From an uncultured Planctomycetota bacterium (lineage in GTDB: Bacteria; Planctomycetota; Planctomycetia; Isosphaerales; Isosphaeraceae): a stretch of 64,000 bases of DNA. Each line of letters opens with the position of its first letter. Position 1 is the first letter of the stretch. The position numbers and the translations under genes are program-made. Below the pieces are notes generated by a model. The model was not told the DNA's origin. It saw only the letters and a list, made by a program, of their open reading frames with translations, and searched no databases. Where the stretch lies: assembly GCA_963823665.1 (NCBI GenBank), contig CAWGMQ010000002.1:192001-256000 (forward strand). The letters run 5' to 3'. Below are positions 1 through 13,291 of this stretch, in pieces.

Positions 1-497
1 AGCACCACGTCCACACGCGCCAGCAGTTCGTCAATCGAGCTCACGATTGCCACCCCGAATTGATCACGCAGCTCCTGCGTGTAGCCCGCCACCCGATCAC
101 GGCTTGCGGGCAAGTCTGGGCTCCCGCCGGGATAAGCTGCGACAACACGAACACCGGCAAGCTCAGGCTTGGGATCGGCGGCATTCAAGAGCTTTGTGAA
201 AGCCGTCACGTGCGACGTATCCAACCCGATGATCCCGGCCCGAAGCGGCTTCGATGATTCATCCTGCCAGAGCTCGCCGGCCGCGGCGAATTCAGCAAAC
301 ATGACACCGGCCATCACCAGGCCTACACTCAAGACGACCACACGTAATAACACGGGGAGAACCTCAATCTGCGAAGGCGGGGAAGCTTGCAAAAAAGCAG
401 CCTTGGCTGGCACATCATCTACCGAACCATCATCAGCCCTCGGTGCCGCGGATGCAACGACGAGCGGCAATTTACTTTCCAAGTCGGAATGCTTCAC
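1..497 (-). CDS. Gfo/Idh/MocA family oxidoreductase, N-terminal part (runs off window start)
   Basis: Not in the ORF track. Manual minus-strand translation gives ...LRAGIIGLDTSHVTAFTKLLNAADPKPELAGVRVVAAYPGGSPDLPASRDRVAGYTQELRDQFGVAIVSSIDELLARVDVV. Start is uncertain: GTG at 497 is the furthest candidate, and a later ATG is possible. Confidence 0.8.
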   Translation of the reverse strand, partial: MKHSDLESKLPLVVASAAPRADDGSVDDVPAKAAFLQASPPSQIEVLPVLLRVVVLSVGLVMAGVMFAEFAAAGELWQDESSKPLRAGIIGLDTSHVTAFTKLLNAADPKPELAGVRVVAAYPGGSPDLPASRDRVAGYTQELRDQFGVAIVSSIDELLARVDVV

Positions 498-647
498 CGC
501 AATGCTCCGCGTGTTATACGATGCAGATGATGATCACTTCAGTCGCCTCTCTCCCGTAACCATCACATCTACATTACGATGGATACGTGACGACGACGCT
601 GCCTCGTCGCACCGTCGGATGGGGGGAACGGGTCTCTGGTCAACAAG

Positions 648-3638
<2,991 letters not shown>

Positions 3639-3642
3639 TCTT

Positions 3643-6227
3643 TCATTCACGCCAGGCAAACTCGCCTGATTCGACATTCCAGTCCGCTCCGAAATACCCC
3701 GCTGCGACTGAGGCTTCCGAGCTTTCGAGCAGGGCCTTGGCCTTCAGCAACAGGCAATCCGGGAGAGCCACGCCCGAGGTGAAGTACGGCAGCCGCTCTG
3801 TCAGCCTGAGCCCAGTCATGCCCGAACCGGATATCACTCCGACCGAGGCCACGGCGCTGCGAGGCCGCGGCCGGATGAAGAGACAGGCCAGGTCTTCGCC
3901 AGTCACCGCGCGTAGGCCCACTTTCACCTCACCGCGCCGAACTTGCACGGGGCTCTGACCGAGCAGCGCGGGCCACGCTGCATTGCTTTCCGCGTGACCA
4001 TAAACGATGACGTTGCGGTCGCGATACTCCTGCTCACGCCCCGCCTCAAGAAAACGCGCGTCAGAGACAACATCGACCGACCCGTTCCCTCGGTACCAGA
4101 ATGTCTCGGCGTCGAATCGGGCCCGGGCGAGCGACCACGCATTCTCCTCTGAGGTTCCTCTCGTCCCGAAGACAAGAATAAATCGGTTCCGGAACGCCTC
4201 CTTGAATGGCCCCTGACGAGATGGATTCTTCTGGGACAAAGGTGGTGGCGACTGGCTCACCGACCACTTGCCTCGATCGCGAACCAACCAGATCGTGCAA
4301 TCACCGTTGGATGGCGTCGAGGCCACGGAAAATGAAGGCATCGCCTGGCCATCGAGCTCAACCACGAACGCATCCGCTGCCTTTGCCTCGGGGATCGCAT
4401 GCTTCAGCTCAATTGCGAGCCGGTCAACGTTCTCGGTTGTCCCTTGAAACTTACGTCGCTCCGTATCCAGCTCGAGATGCACCTTGCTGGGTAAAAGCGC
4501 CTTGACCTGCGACTCGATCGCCAGCCAGTGCGCCCGGGACGACACGGCCGGGCTGGCCGTGACAAAGTCGATCTTTTTCACCTCAGACGGCTTGGGAATC
4601 CTGTGTTCCCTGAGAAATGCGATCAGCGGCGGCCAGTCAACACATTCATTGCCCCACCAGTGCCCTGCGCCGGGCTGTTCGCGGTATACAAAATCGGGAT
4701 GGAATTCACCGAGCACCTGGCGCATCCGCCGGGCTTGGCTAACCGGCACGTTGTCGTCGGCATCACCGTGGAGAATGTAAACGCCCACGCGAGTGAGGTT
4801 CCGTGACAACGCAATGGTATCGCTCGGACCCAGCGCGCGGGCCATGAGCGCGTCGACGGGCGAGGCCGGATCTGCGTGTCTCATCCCGGCATACGACCAC
4901 ATGCTGATCCAGCCAGCACTCGGCGCGATCGCTGCAAAACGATCGGGAAAGGTCACGCCCAGATGCCAGGTGCCGTGTCCACCCATCGAATGGCCGGTGA
5001 GATAAGTCCGCTCGCGATCGGTTTCGAAGACCTTCTGCACAAGCTCGAGCACCTCGATCGCGTCGAGCCGGCCCCAGTCTTCCCAGTCAAAACCATAAGG
5101 CCGGCGATTTGTCGGCGCGACGACATAGAGACCAGTTTTGGGTGTATAGCACTGCGCTTGACCGGCACCTTCAACTCCCGCCCCGTGCAGGGTCAGCACA
5201 AGCCCGCTTGGCCGTCCGTCGGCGGCCGGAAGCGCCGGCACAACAGCGTAGTACTGCACGCTTCCATCGATCGAGCTGCGAAACGTTCGCGTGTGTGTCT
5301 GGCCAGTCCGGCGAACGTTCAGATCGACCTTCGTTGAGTCGACCGTCTCCCAACGATCACCACTGCCCTGCGTTTTACGCTCAAGCCTGAGCTCGAGCGC
5401 CACCGTTTCGCCAGTTGTCGGGGCCGTTCCTGTAAACGCAAAACCAACCTTTCGAACGGATAGAGGAATTAATGACGGGACAGCCGTCCGCGTTTCCGGG
5501 CCGCCGGCAATATGCGCGACAATCGCAAGGTTTTCCCGGAATTCAGCACTCGCGTTCACGACCAGGACGGCCGCTCCGGCCTCGGTTTGTTCACCGTTCC
5601 TCATATCGGGAAGCGTGGCATCGGCCGCGCTCAAGAACGCCGCGCCTTTGGCGCGATCAACCTTGCCTTGAGCTTTCCCCGGCCAAATTGGAACAGGAGT
5701 GCATTTTGCCCCTGACGAACCTGGACAGGTAAATGGACATAGCCAGTTGAATAGATGTCGCCGTGACGTGGCTCGCCACCGGCATACACCATCGCATGCC
5801 CTGCAGACTCGAGCATCATCACGGAATCCGCATCCGCAGAGAACGACGCGGCCAGATAGCCGCCACGCAGATTTCCTCCCGAAAACCAACCATCAGCGCC
5901 CGCCTTGACGGGCTCCCACTTTCGGGCTTGGCCCATTCCAGGATACGCCACGCTCTCTCCTGCACGTGGCATTGTCCAGGTTCCATTCAGAACCTGCGCC
6001 GCGATTGGATCGACATTGATCGCCCCGCGCCGCTCACGCGTTGTCGAGATCGTGACTCCTTCGCGCAGCTCAATCGCCGCTCCCGATGGAGAATCCTCGA
6101 GCGCATCTGCATCCGTGATGCCGGTAGCCCGGCACGGACTCTGGCAGATCGCTGCCAGGCAGAGGAGCAGCATGGAGGTTAGCGATAACCACACGAGTCG
6201 TGGTGGCGGCGCGGTCTCAAGAATCAC
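3643..6227 (-). CDS. Secreted alpha/beta hydrolase (prolyl oligopeptidase/esterase-like), frameshift near 5645
   Basis: ORF 5631..6428 (signal peptide and N-domain, ending LIAPK) continues in the frame of ORF 3643..5889 (AAFLSAADATLPD...). Motifs LTLHGAG, GHSMGG nucleophile, LHGDADDNVP and GAGHWW. Start approximate. Confidence 0.8.
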
Positions 6228-6436
6228 GATCAATTCTCCCGTCCACGATTCAACGAGTTGCACGCTGCCCGCCATGGAAGCGTTTCGAGCACCCAAAGCT
6301 GGAAGGATACCACGTGATGCAGGGCTATGGCTAACCCGGCGATGTTGCCATGTTCTAACTCTCAAGGTAGGTTTGTCGCGACGTAAGATCAAGTGATTCA
6401 CTTGAAGCATGCTGTACCATGAAACCACAGGCGATC

Positions 6437-6795
6437 ATGCGAACGATCCGGAATCACGAACTCTTAGCAGTTCTGCTGGCATCCGCCACGTGCACCGAGC
6501 TCCGCGCCGGAGACGTGCTCGAGATCTCGCGTGACACCGTCCTGGACCCAAGCAAAATCTACGAGGCGGTTGTGATTACCGCGTCGAATCTGACCCTCGA
6601 CGGCCGTGGCGCGTGGTTGCTCGGTCCTGCGGCGAAGAAGATCAGGGCCTTCGACGTGCGTGCTGATTGAAAGCGGGTCGAACGACAACCACCTGAGGCA
6701 GCGCCATCACCACCGTCAACTCCTTGACCATCGGCTTCGACTCATGGGGCGCACCTCCGCTCAGGATCTGGCTTGATGGTCTGGCAATCAAGTGA
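6437..6795 (+). pseudogene. Internally deleted remnant of a planctomycete secreted parallel beta-helix-type protein
   Basis: Signal peptide + LEISRDTVLDPSKIYEAVVITASNLTLDGRGAWLLG, then TGA at 6668 and a frameshift into TTVNSLTIGFDSWGAPPLRIWLDGLAIK*. These look like the N- and C-termini of one much longer protein family (from recall). Confidence 0.5.
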
Positions 6796-6808
6796 ACCGG
6801 CTCGCTAC

Positions 6809-7291
6809 TCACCGACCGGGCTCGGAAAGCCTCCGGTAACCACCCGAGTAGTAGAGTAAAGGTTCGCCTTCAAGATGTTCGCCCGCGAGGATCTCTCCTA
6901 CGAAGATCTCATGGTCGCCTCCAGGCAGGATTTCGACGACTTTGCAATCGAGATACCCGAGACAATCAGCCAGGATGGGTGAGCCGGTCGCTGCATCCGA
7001 CGTCTTCAGATCCGAGAAATCCTTCGGCCCGGGTGCGGCAAAGCGACGCGAGAGATCCTCCTGCTCCACCCGAAGAATATTGATCGCGAAGCACCGATTC
7101 TTCTTGAGATAATCAAGCGTGATCGCTCGCTTGTCGACGGCGACGAGCACCAGCGGAGGCTCGAGTGAAAGCGACGCGATCGCGTTGGCCGTCATGCCAT
7201 GTAAACCGGCAACTCCCCCGGTAGTCACCACCGTCACACCCGTGGCGAAATGTCCGAGGATTTTGCGCTGCCTCTTGGAATCGAATGCCAT
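6809..7291 (-). CDS. Flavin reductase family protein
   Basis: GHFATGVTVVT, HGMTANAIASLSLEPPLVLV, GGDHEIFVGE, PLLYYSGGY. Confidence 0.95.
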   Translation of the reverse strand: MAFDSKRQRKILGHFATGVTVVTTGGVAGLHGMTANAIASLSLEPPLVLVAVDKRAITLDYLKKNRCFAINILRVEQEDLSRRFAAPGPKDFSDLKTSDAATGSPILADCLGYLDCKVVEILPGGDHEIFVGEILAGEHLEGEPLLYYSGGYRRLSEPGR

Positions 7292-7303
7292 CGCTCGAGC
7301 CCT

Positions 7304-8322
7304 TCAGTTCCGCCCGATCGCCACGGCGATCGACGCGAGATCGGTGAGGGCGGCCCGGGCACCCGCCTCCCGCACCTGGTTGCAAATCGCCTCGATCGTG
7401 CGAAACTGAGGGTCGGTCACGACCAGGCACGAAGGATGCCCGAGAAAGCAATAGACTGCCTTGTGTTCAACGGCCCACGCCACGCCCGCCCGGATGGCTT
7501 CGACGAAGGCGTCGAGGCGCCAGCGTCCGGTGCGAAATGCCGTGACATCACTGATCGGGCTCATCGGTACCTCCACCAGGCCCGACCGGTAAACAAAGGG
7601 CTGCGCGTGTTCCTGCGCGGCGATGATCCCGGCAATGACCTTTTCGTCAGGTTTCTTGCCCGAAGTATCGGCGATGGCGTGCGCAGGATACTGGCTGCTC
7701 ACCCAGGTGCAACCCATCTCGAGCAGCATGCGCTGAAGGTCCTCCCGGTCGGCCAGGCCGTTGGTGAACCCGCCTGGAGCTCGAAAACCGCTCGGCGTGA
7801 TACCAAGCCTTTTTCTGAGAGCCACTTCCGCCAGGCGAATGTTCCTTGCGATCACATCAGCCGGTGTCTTCCCGTCGATCAACCAGGGCGCTCGCCTGAA
7901 CCGAAACTGAATGTCCTCGGAACGCGTTGCCTTCAGGTTGACGTGGTCGTATGTATGATTGCCAACAGGATGGCCCTGCGCGACGATCCGCGCAGCCACG
8001 ATACGTCTTCCTGCTCCATCGTTTGACCAACAGCGAAGAAATGGACAACGCCACCTCGCTCCTTGACCCGGCGAGCCGCCTCCACTGCGTACTGCTTCGT
8101 CGGCGCATCGAGGTTTCCCTTCTCGTAGTCCCAATGTGTTTGGTTCCAGGTCGGGAAGTTTCGGCTCATCTCCAGGTCGAGAGTGATCGCGATCTGTGCT
8201 TTGTCGAAGGGTGGCTTTTTCTCGATCACGCCTCGAGACACCGCCCATGGCAGTGCCGCCAATGACGCGCCCAGAAACGAGCGCCGCATCAAGACAGCAT
8301 CAGAAACCGACTCAGATCTCAT
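7304..8322 (-). CDS. Polysaccharide deacetylase (CE4/NodB-like) with Tat signal, frameshift near 7989
   Basis: MRRSFLG Tat motif and ITLDLE in ORF 7933..8688, joined to GHPVGNHTYDH...GFRAPGG...FLGHP in ORF 7304..8248. Confidence 0.85.
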
Positions 8323-8365
8323 CGACCGGTTCTCTCCTGGGGTTGTCTCCGATGCCATGCCCGGA

Positions 8366-9451
8366 TCAGTGCCCGCTCGGCGCCGCGAAAGGTCGAACCC
8401 ACGAGATCTGCGTGATGAACAGGTCCAGCGCAGCGAAGCAAACGGCCGTTGTGGTTGCAAACCGAGGCGTGGGCTGAGCAGGAAAGGTGGCAATGGTGGC
8501 GTCACCGACCAGGAAAACGTCGAAGTCCTGAGCCAGGTTCTTGTAACCTGCCGTCGTCGAACAGACGCACATATCCGTATTGTACCCCGCCAGCAACACA
8601 TGCCGGATGCCCTGACTCTTGAGAAAGCTGCGGAGGGCAGGATAACCCTCCCCGTCGTAGATGACAAAGTCGTGGAGATCAACCTCAATCGATTTCATCA
8701 CCGGGATCGGCAGTTCCCAGAACCCGCGGCCATCGAAGGCCGGCCCGGAGTCGAGACCTGGAAATTGCTTGAAATACTCCAGAGTCGGGGTGTCGGATTT
8801 TAAAGTAATCGACGTGGGAACGGCCTGCCCGCGGTAATCGAAGGCCGCGAGCTTGGCCTTGAGTTCCCGCTTGCCTTCTCGGCGCTCCTCTTCGGTGGGC
8901 TCTTTGCGCAGCGAACGATAGATCTTACGGCGAATGGGGTCTTCCGTTCCCGGCAAGCTGTAACCCACCATCAAGCCGGCCTTGCCCCGTATGGTTTTGA
9001 GGAACGGATTGATAACCTTCGCGGCGTGGTCGAGCACGATCTTGTTCTTCGCGGGCGTGCACTGGAATGCAACACCGGCTGGTTCCGGGCTCCGCCAGCC
9101 CTGGCCGTCATCAATACCCCAGGGATGCACCACGATCACGGCTGTCCGACTCGATCGCAGCCGGTTCGGCACTTCGATGATGCCTCGAGCATTGTAAGAA
9201 AACCGCCAGGCGCGTACTTCCAGGTCAGCGTCCGTGTCGTCAATCAAGAGCGGGGCTTCAAAACGGGCGACCTCCCGCACGGGCTCAACAAAATCGGGAT
9301 AGTCTCCCAGAATCGGCCTTGGATGGAGAATTGGCTTGAGCCGATTCTCATAGACCCGACTCACCGGCTCATCGCCGCCTCTGGCGGGTATCGGCTGATG
9401 CATGCCCGCCAAGGCGGCCGTACAAATCGCTATTCTTATGTATGTTCTCAT
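8366..9451 (-). CDS. Secreted isochorismatase-like cysteine hydrolase
   Basis: Signal peptide; TAVIVVHPW; LKSQGIRHVLLAGYNTDMCV...VFLVGDAT. Confidence 0.75.
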   Translation of the reverse strand: MRTYIRIAICTAALAGMHQPIPARGGDEPVSRVYENRLKPILHPRPILGDYPDFVEPVREVARFEAPLLIDDTDADLEVRAWRFSYNARGIIEVPNRLRSSRTAVIVVHPWGIDDGQGWRSPEPAGVAFQCTPAKNKIVLDHAAKVINPFLKTIRGKAGLMVGYSLPGTEDPIRRKIYRSLRKEPTEEERREGKRELKAKLAAFDYRGQAVPTSITLKSDTPTLEYFKQFPGLDSGPAFDGRGFWELPIPVMKSIEVDLHDFVIYDGEGYPALRSFLKSQGIRHVLLAGYNTDMCVCSTTAGYKNLAQDFDVFLVGDATIATFPAQPTPRFATTTAVCFAALDLFITQISWVRPFAAPSGH

Positions 9452-12400
9452 TTCGTTTCCTTCACGCCCACCTGAGGATCGCCCTCGAGAAAGCAGAACA
9501 GGTCGCGCAGTCCTTGGGGGGAAAACTCTTTATACAGCGATTCAGGCATTAAAGAGACATCCGACTCCTTCAGTTCTTCCACCTCCGCGCGCGCATGCCG
9601 GGTTCTCACGCCTTTCGAGTCGCAGAGAGTGATTGTCTCCGGTGTCTGCTCGACGATCAGTCCCGACAGTACCCGGCCATCCTTGACCGCGAGCTGATAA
9701 GCCTGGTATTCCTTCCGAACCACGCCGGAGGGATCGACCAGGCTTTTCAAGAGAAAGTCGCGGTCATGCCGGTTGGCGTAGGAGAGGTCGGGGCCCAAGG
9801 TTTCTCCTTGCCCGAATAAACGATGGCACGTCGCGCAGCGATCAAGAAATAGCCTGCGCCCGCGCTCGCGATCGCCGATGCCGGCCCTCAGGTCGTTGTT
9901 GAGACGACGAACCTCGGCGAGCCTCTCTTCGCGCGTTGCTCCGCGAGTGATTCCCCAGTGCTTGCGAACAATGGCTGCAAGCTCACCCGAATTCAGAGTC
10001 GTGAACCGGCTGAGCTCCTCCAGCGTCACGTCCTCCGCCGCGATTTTTCCGGCCTCGACTGCACCCAGAAATGCCCGCGCCCATGTCGTCCGGTTCAAGA
10101 GCAGCTCGCGAGCCAGCAATCGCCAGCTTGGAGACCTCTGTGGATACACAGCCAGGAGCGCAGCCGCAATCGCGTTGTCCTCGAATCGCGCCAGCGCTCC
10201 AAACGCGGCCGTCAGGATCGCTCCGTCGGCATCTTCACTATGAGTTGCCACCGCAAGCAGCGAAGAAATCGACGGTTGGTCCTTGACCTCGCCCAGCAGA
10301 TCGAGCATCGCCGTACGCACAGGTCCTGGCTCATGGTTGTCTTTGGCAAAGGCACGGGCTCGCTTGATCGACGTCGCATCTCCCAGCCTCGCTGACACAC
10401 GGATCAGTGCGACATCGCCGGGATTATCTCGGTTCATTTCAACGATCGAGCGTGTCAGCTCCGGCGCCACCAGGCTGGCATCGCGCCCGCGCATTGCTTC
10501 GTCAAGTGCGGCGAGGAGCGGCCTGCGCAGGTCGGCCGATGGCGACGAAGCCAGCAGCCTCGCACACGCGATATCGCCCTCGCGGTTATTGCTCGCGGCC
10601 AACCGCCGCATTAAACGCACCAGAATCACGGACCGGCATACCGTCGATTGCCAGGCTTCTGCCGTCGTGAATCGCCTGAGTGTCCCCTCAAGGTCGGCAA
10701 GCGTGTGCGCTTCAACAGCCCACCAGAGCAAAAGCGGAACATGCGGATCGGAAACGTCTTCTTCACGGGCAAGAAGCTGCTTGACGATATCGAGTCCGAG
10801 TGCCGGTGCCAGCCGCCGCGCCGTTGAAGCGAGTTGTGCGCGAACCGATACGTTCGTCTCGCCCGCCGCCAATTCAACCAGACCTGAAGTAAAGCGAGCA
10901 GGAACACGTGGCTCGTCGCCGACCAGGCGCACACACCAGGCACGAACCATGGGATCACGGTGCCGCAGTAGCGCATCAACCGTCGTCTCATCGAGCGCGG
11001 CACAACCATGCAGCGCCCAGAATGCTTCGAGGGCTTTCACTCCGTCGGCTTGAAGTGCGGCCTTTCGCAAGACTTCAGCCGCTTCTGGCGGCCGGCGTTC
11101 CGCCAGCAGACGCCGAGCCTTCCGGCGAAACCAGGTATTAGAATGGTCCAGCAGATCAACTAGCTCACCGTTCGTTTTTCGAGTTAGCTTACAGTCGATC
11201 TGGGACAATGGCTTCGTCCCGGGCGAGCCTATCGCGAAGATTCTTCCGTTGCTCCGGTCCCAGTCAGCATCCGGGTCGGGATGTGCGGTTCGCCGGTCGT
11301 GCCAGTCGGCAATGTAGAGCCTGCCGTCCGGTCCAAGCACGATGTCCGTCGGTGCAAACCACGTATCATTGGCTCGCAGGAGATCGCCCGTCTGCTTGGC
11401 CTGGAAGGTCGATCCCAGCGGTTGAACGTCGTGGCTGTGCACCGAATGGTCAAGCAAGTCGGCGGCGATGTAACGGCCACGCCATGCCGGGGGCAACGCA
11501 TCGGCCTCGTAGAAAAGCCCACCCACCGCAACGTGACCGCCGCTTAGACCAGTGTGACGAACGTGGTCGAAGTAGCCAAACGTATACAGGTTGTGCAGCG
11601 CCCCATGCTTTCCAAACGCCTTCCAGTAATAGCCGCCCTGAACTCCGTGAAGCATGACGAACCCGCCGACATTGGTGCTGGCAAAGAGCTGACCGTGGCG
11701 GTCGAAATCCAGCCCCCACATATTGCCCCCACCCTCGCAGAAGAGCTCGAATCGCTTGGTCGGTGGGTGGTAGCGCCACACCCCTTGCTGGAACTCGACT
11801 CCCCGCACTCGCGCAGTGACCGTACTCCCCTGTAGACCATAGAGCCAACCGTCCGGGCCCCAGGTCAACGAGTTCGCAACCGAGTGGGCGTCTTGCATGC
11901 CGAACCCGGTCAAAACCACCTCCGGATCTCCATCCGGTCGATCGTCATGATTGCGATCGGCGTAGAACAGCAAATATGGCGTTTGGAGCACGAACACACC
12001 ACCATCACCGAATGCCAGTCCACTCGCGAGATTGAGGCCGGTCACGAAATCATGGGCGCGATCGATCCGGCCGTCTCCATCGACGTCTTCCAGGATCGTG
12101 ATGCAGTCGGCCCCTTTGGGCCCGCGCGGCGGCGGTTCGGGTACGCGATCGTAGGTCGTCCGCGAGTAACGGTCGACAGCCACTCGCTTGAGACCCGACG
12201 GGTTTGGATATTGCAGGTACTGGATCACCCATAGTCGGCCCAGGTCGTCAAACTCGATTGCCACCGGCTGCCGGACCAGTGGCTCGAAAGCGATCAGCCG
12301 AGCTTCCAGCCCCGTTGCAACCGACATCCGCCGCGCAGCTTCTTCCGGAGCATATCCCTGCCCGGCAGCCGCTCCCCTTGAAACGTCGAGCACGGCCAGG

Positions 12401-12474
12401 AAAAGTACTTGCGTGCAGAATCGTCTCGTTCGGTTCATCATCCTCATTTCTGCAAAACCAAAAAGATGCGCCAT
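9448..12474 (-). CDS. PVC-type membrane-bound dehydrogenase-like protein (beta-propeller, HEAT repeats, C-terminal heme CxxCH)
   Basis: EPLVRQPVAIEFDDLGRLWV, ANSLTWGPDGWLYG, HEAT-like helices, CATCH, GPDLS, SLMPE. Confidence 0.92.
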   Translation of the reverse strand: MAHLFGFAEMRMMNRTRRFCTQVLFLAVLDVSRGAAAGQGYAPEEAARRMSVATGLEARLIAFEPLVRQPVAIEFDDLGRLWVIQYLQYPNPSGLKRVAVDRYSRTTYDRVPEPPPRGPKGADCITILEDVDGDGRIDRAHDFVTGLNLASGLAFGDGGVFVLQTPYLLFYADRNHDDRPDGDPEVVLTGFGMQDAHSVANSLTWGPDGWLYGLQGSTVTARVRGVEFQQGVWRYHPPTKRFELFCEGGGNMWGLDFDRHGQLFASTNVGGFVMLHGVQGGYYWKAFGKHGALHNLYTFGYFDHVRHTGLSGGHVAVGGLFYEADALPPAWRGRYIAADLLDHSVHSHDVQPLGSTFQAKQTGDLLRANDTWFAPTDIVLGPDGRLYIADWHDRRTAHPDPDADWDRSNGRIFAIGSPGTKPLSQIDCKLTRKTNGELVDLLDHSNTWFRRKARRLLAERRPPEAAEVLRKAALQADGVKALEAFWALHGCAALDETTVDALLRHRDPMVRAWCVRLVGDEPRVPARFTSGLVELAAGETNVSVRAQLASTARRLAPALGLDIVKQLLAREEDVSDPHVPLLLWWAVEAHTLADLEGTLRRFTTAEAWQSTVCRSVILVRLMRRLAASNNREGDIACARLLASSPSADLRRPLLAALDEAMRGRDASLVAPELTRSIVEMNRDNPGDVALIRVSARLGDATSIKRARAFAKDNHEPGPVRTAMLDLLGEVKDQPSISSLLAVATHSEDADGAILTAAFGALARFEDNAIAAALLAVYPQRSPSWRLLARELLLNRTTWARAFLGAVEAGKIAAEDVTLEELSRFTTLNSGELAAIVRKHWGITRGATREERLAEVRRLNNDLRAGIGDRERGRRLFLDRCATCHRLFGQGETLGPDLSYANRHDRDFLLKSLVDPSGVVRKEYQAYQLAVKDGRVLSGLIVEQTPETITLCDSKGVRTRHARAEVEELKESDVSLMPESLYKEFSPQGLRDLFCFLEGDPQVGVKETK

Positions 12475-12915
12475 CTCCGCTTGAATGAAGCTTCGCTCGT
12501 TGGGTATCGTACAGACAGGGTCGGTTCATCCGCATCAAGACAGCAGGACCAACCGGCCCTGAAGCATGAGCCGTACAGCGTCGAGGATCGAGATTCCGCC
12601 TCACGCTCCGGGCAGCGGATCAGGGTCGAACCAAACCGCCGCCCACCATGTCCTATCCTTGCGGGTAGCCTCTTGAAGTCGCCGCCCGCTGTTCGACTCA
12701 ACGAACCACACCGATCTTTCAGGGTTTTAACGCTTACGCAGCCGGCGCTATTCTCGCGCTCATAGCCTGCGGCGCCCTGCGCTCAAAAAACGGCATTCGT
12801 TTACCGATCAAGTATAATTACTCACCAGCACCGGGACGCAGCACAGGACTCTCCCGGTCTTCCGGCTTTGAGACATCGACAACCTGATTCCGCCACAGCA
12901 AAGGTGAGTGCACCC

Positions 12916-13287
12916 ATGAACTGGAATTGGCAACGAGGGAAGTCTGCGACCCTCGACGTCGCAGCCGGCCGACACGACCACGGGAAGCTTCGAGCGCTTA
13001 TCGACCGGGCCACCGGCGATAGCGTCGACGAGAGCGACGAGCACTGCGGGCTCCTCAGCATGATTCGCGAGGAAGTCATTTGCCCATTCCCGGCACGGCT
13101 TGCCGGCGAAGACGTCGAGTGCCTGCGCTTCGAATGGCCCAAAAACGGCTACGGCTTGAACGCCGTATGCAAGTCCAAGACCAAGACGCAGGTCGTCGAC
13201 ATTGGTGCACTGGAATGGATCGAGCCCCGTCCCAAGGGCCATGAATGGATCGACGCTTACTTCGCCTGGCGTGACTTGCTAGGCTGA
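12916..13287 (+). CDS. Small hypothetical protein resembling the CcbP-like 'calcium-binding' family
   Basis: LIDRATGDSVDESDEHCGLLSMIREEVICPFPARLAGEDV...GHEWIDAYFAW pattern; TATAAT at 12813-12818 upstream. Confidence 0.55.
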   Translation: MNWNWQRGKSATLDVAAGRHDHGKLRALIDRATGDSVDESDEHCGLLSMIREEVICPFPARLAGEDVECLRFEWPKNGYGLNAVCKSKTKTQVVDIGALEWIEPRPKGHEWIDAYFAWRDLLG

Positions 13288-13291
13288 CGCC

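Noticed and set aside
6668..6670. TGA in the 6.4-kb remnant as selenocysteine
   Set aside because: The context (D-*-KR) suggests a mutated Trp codon; there is no redox motif and a frameshift follows.
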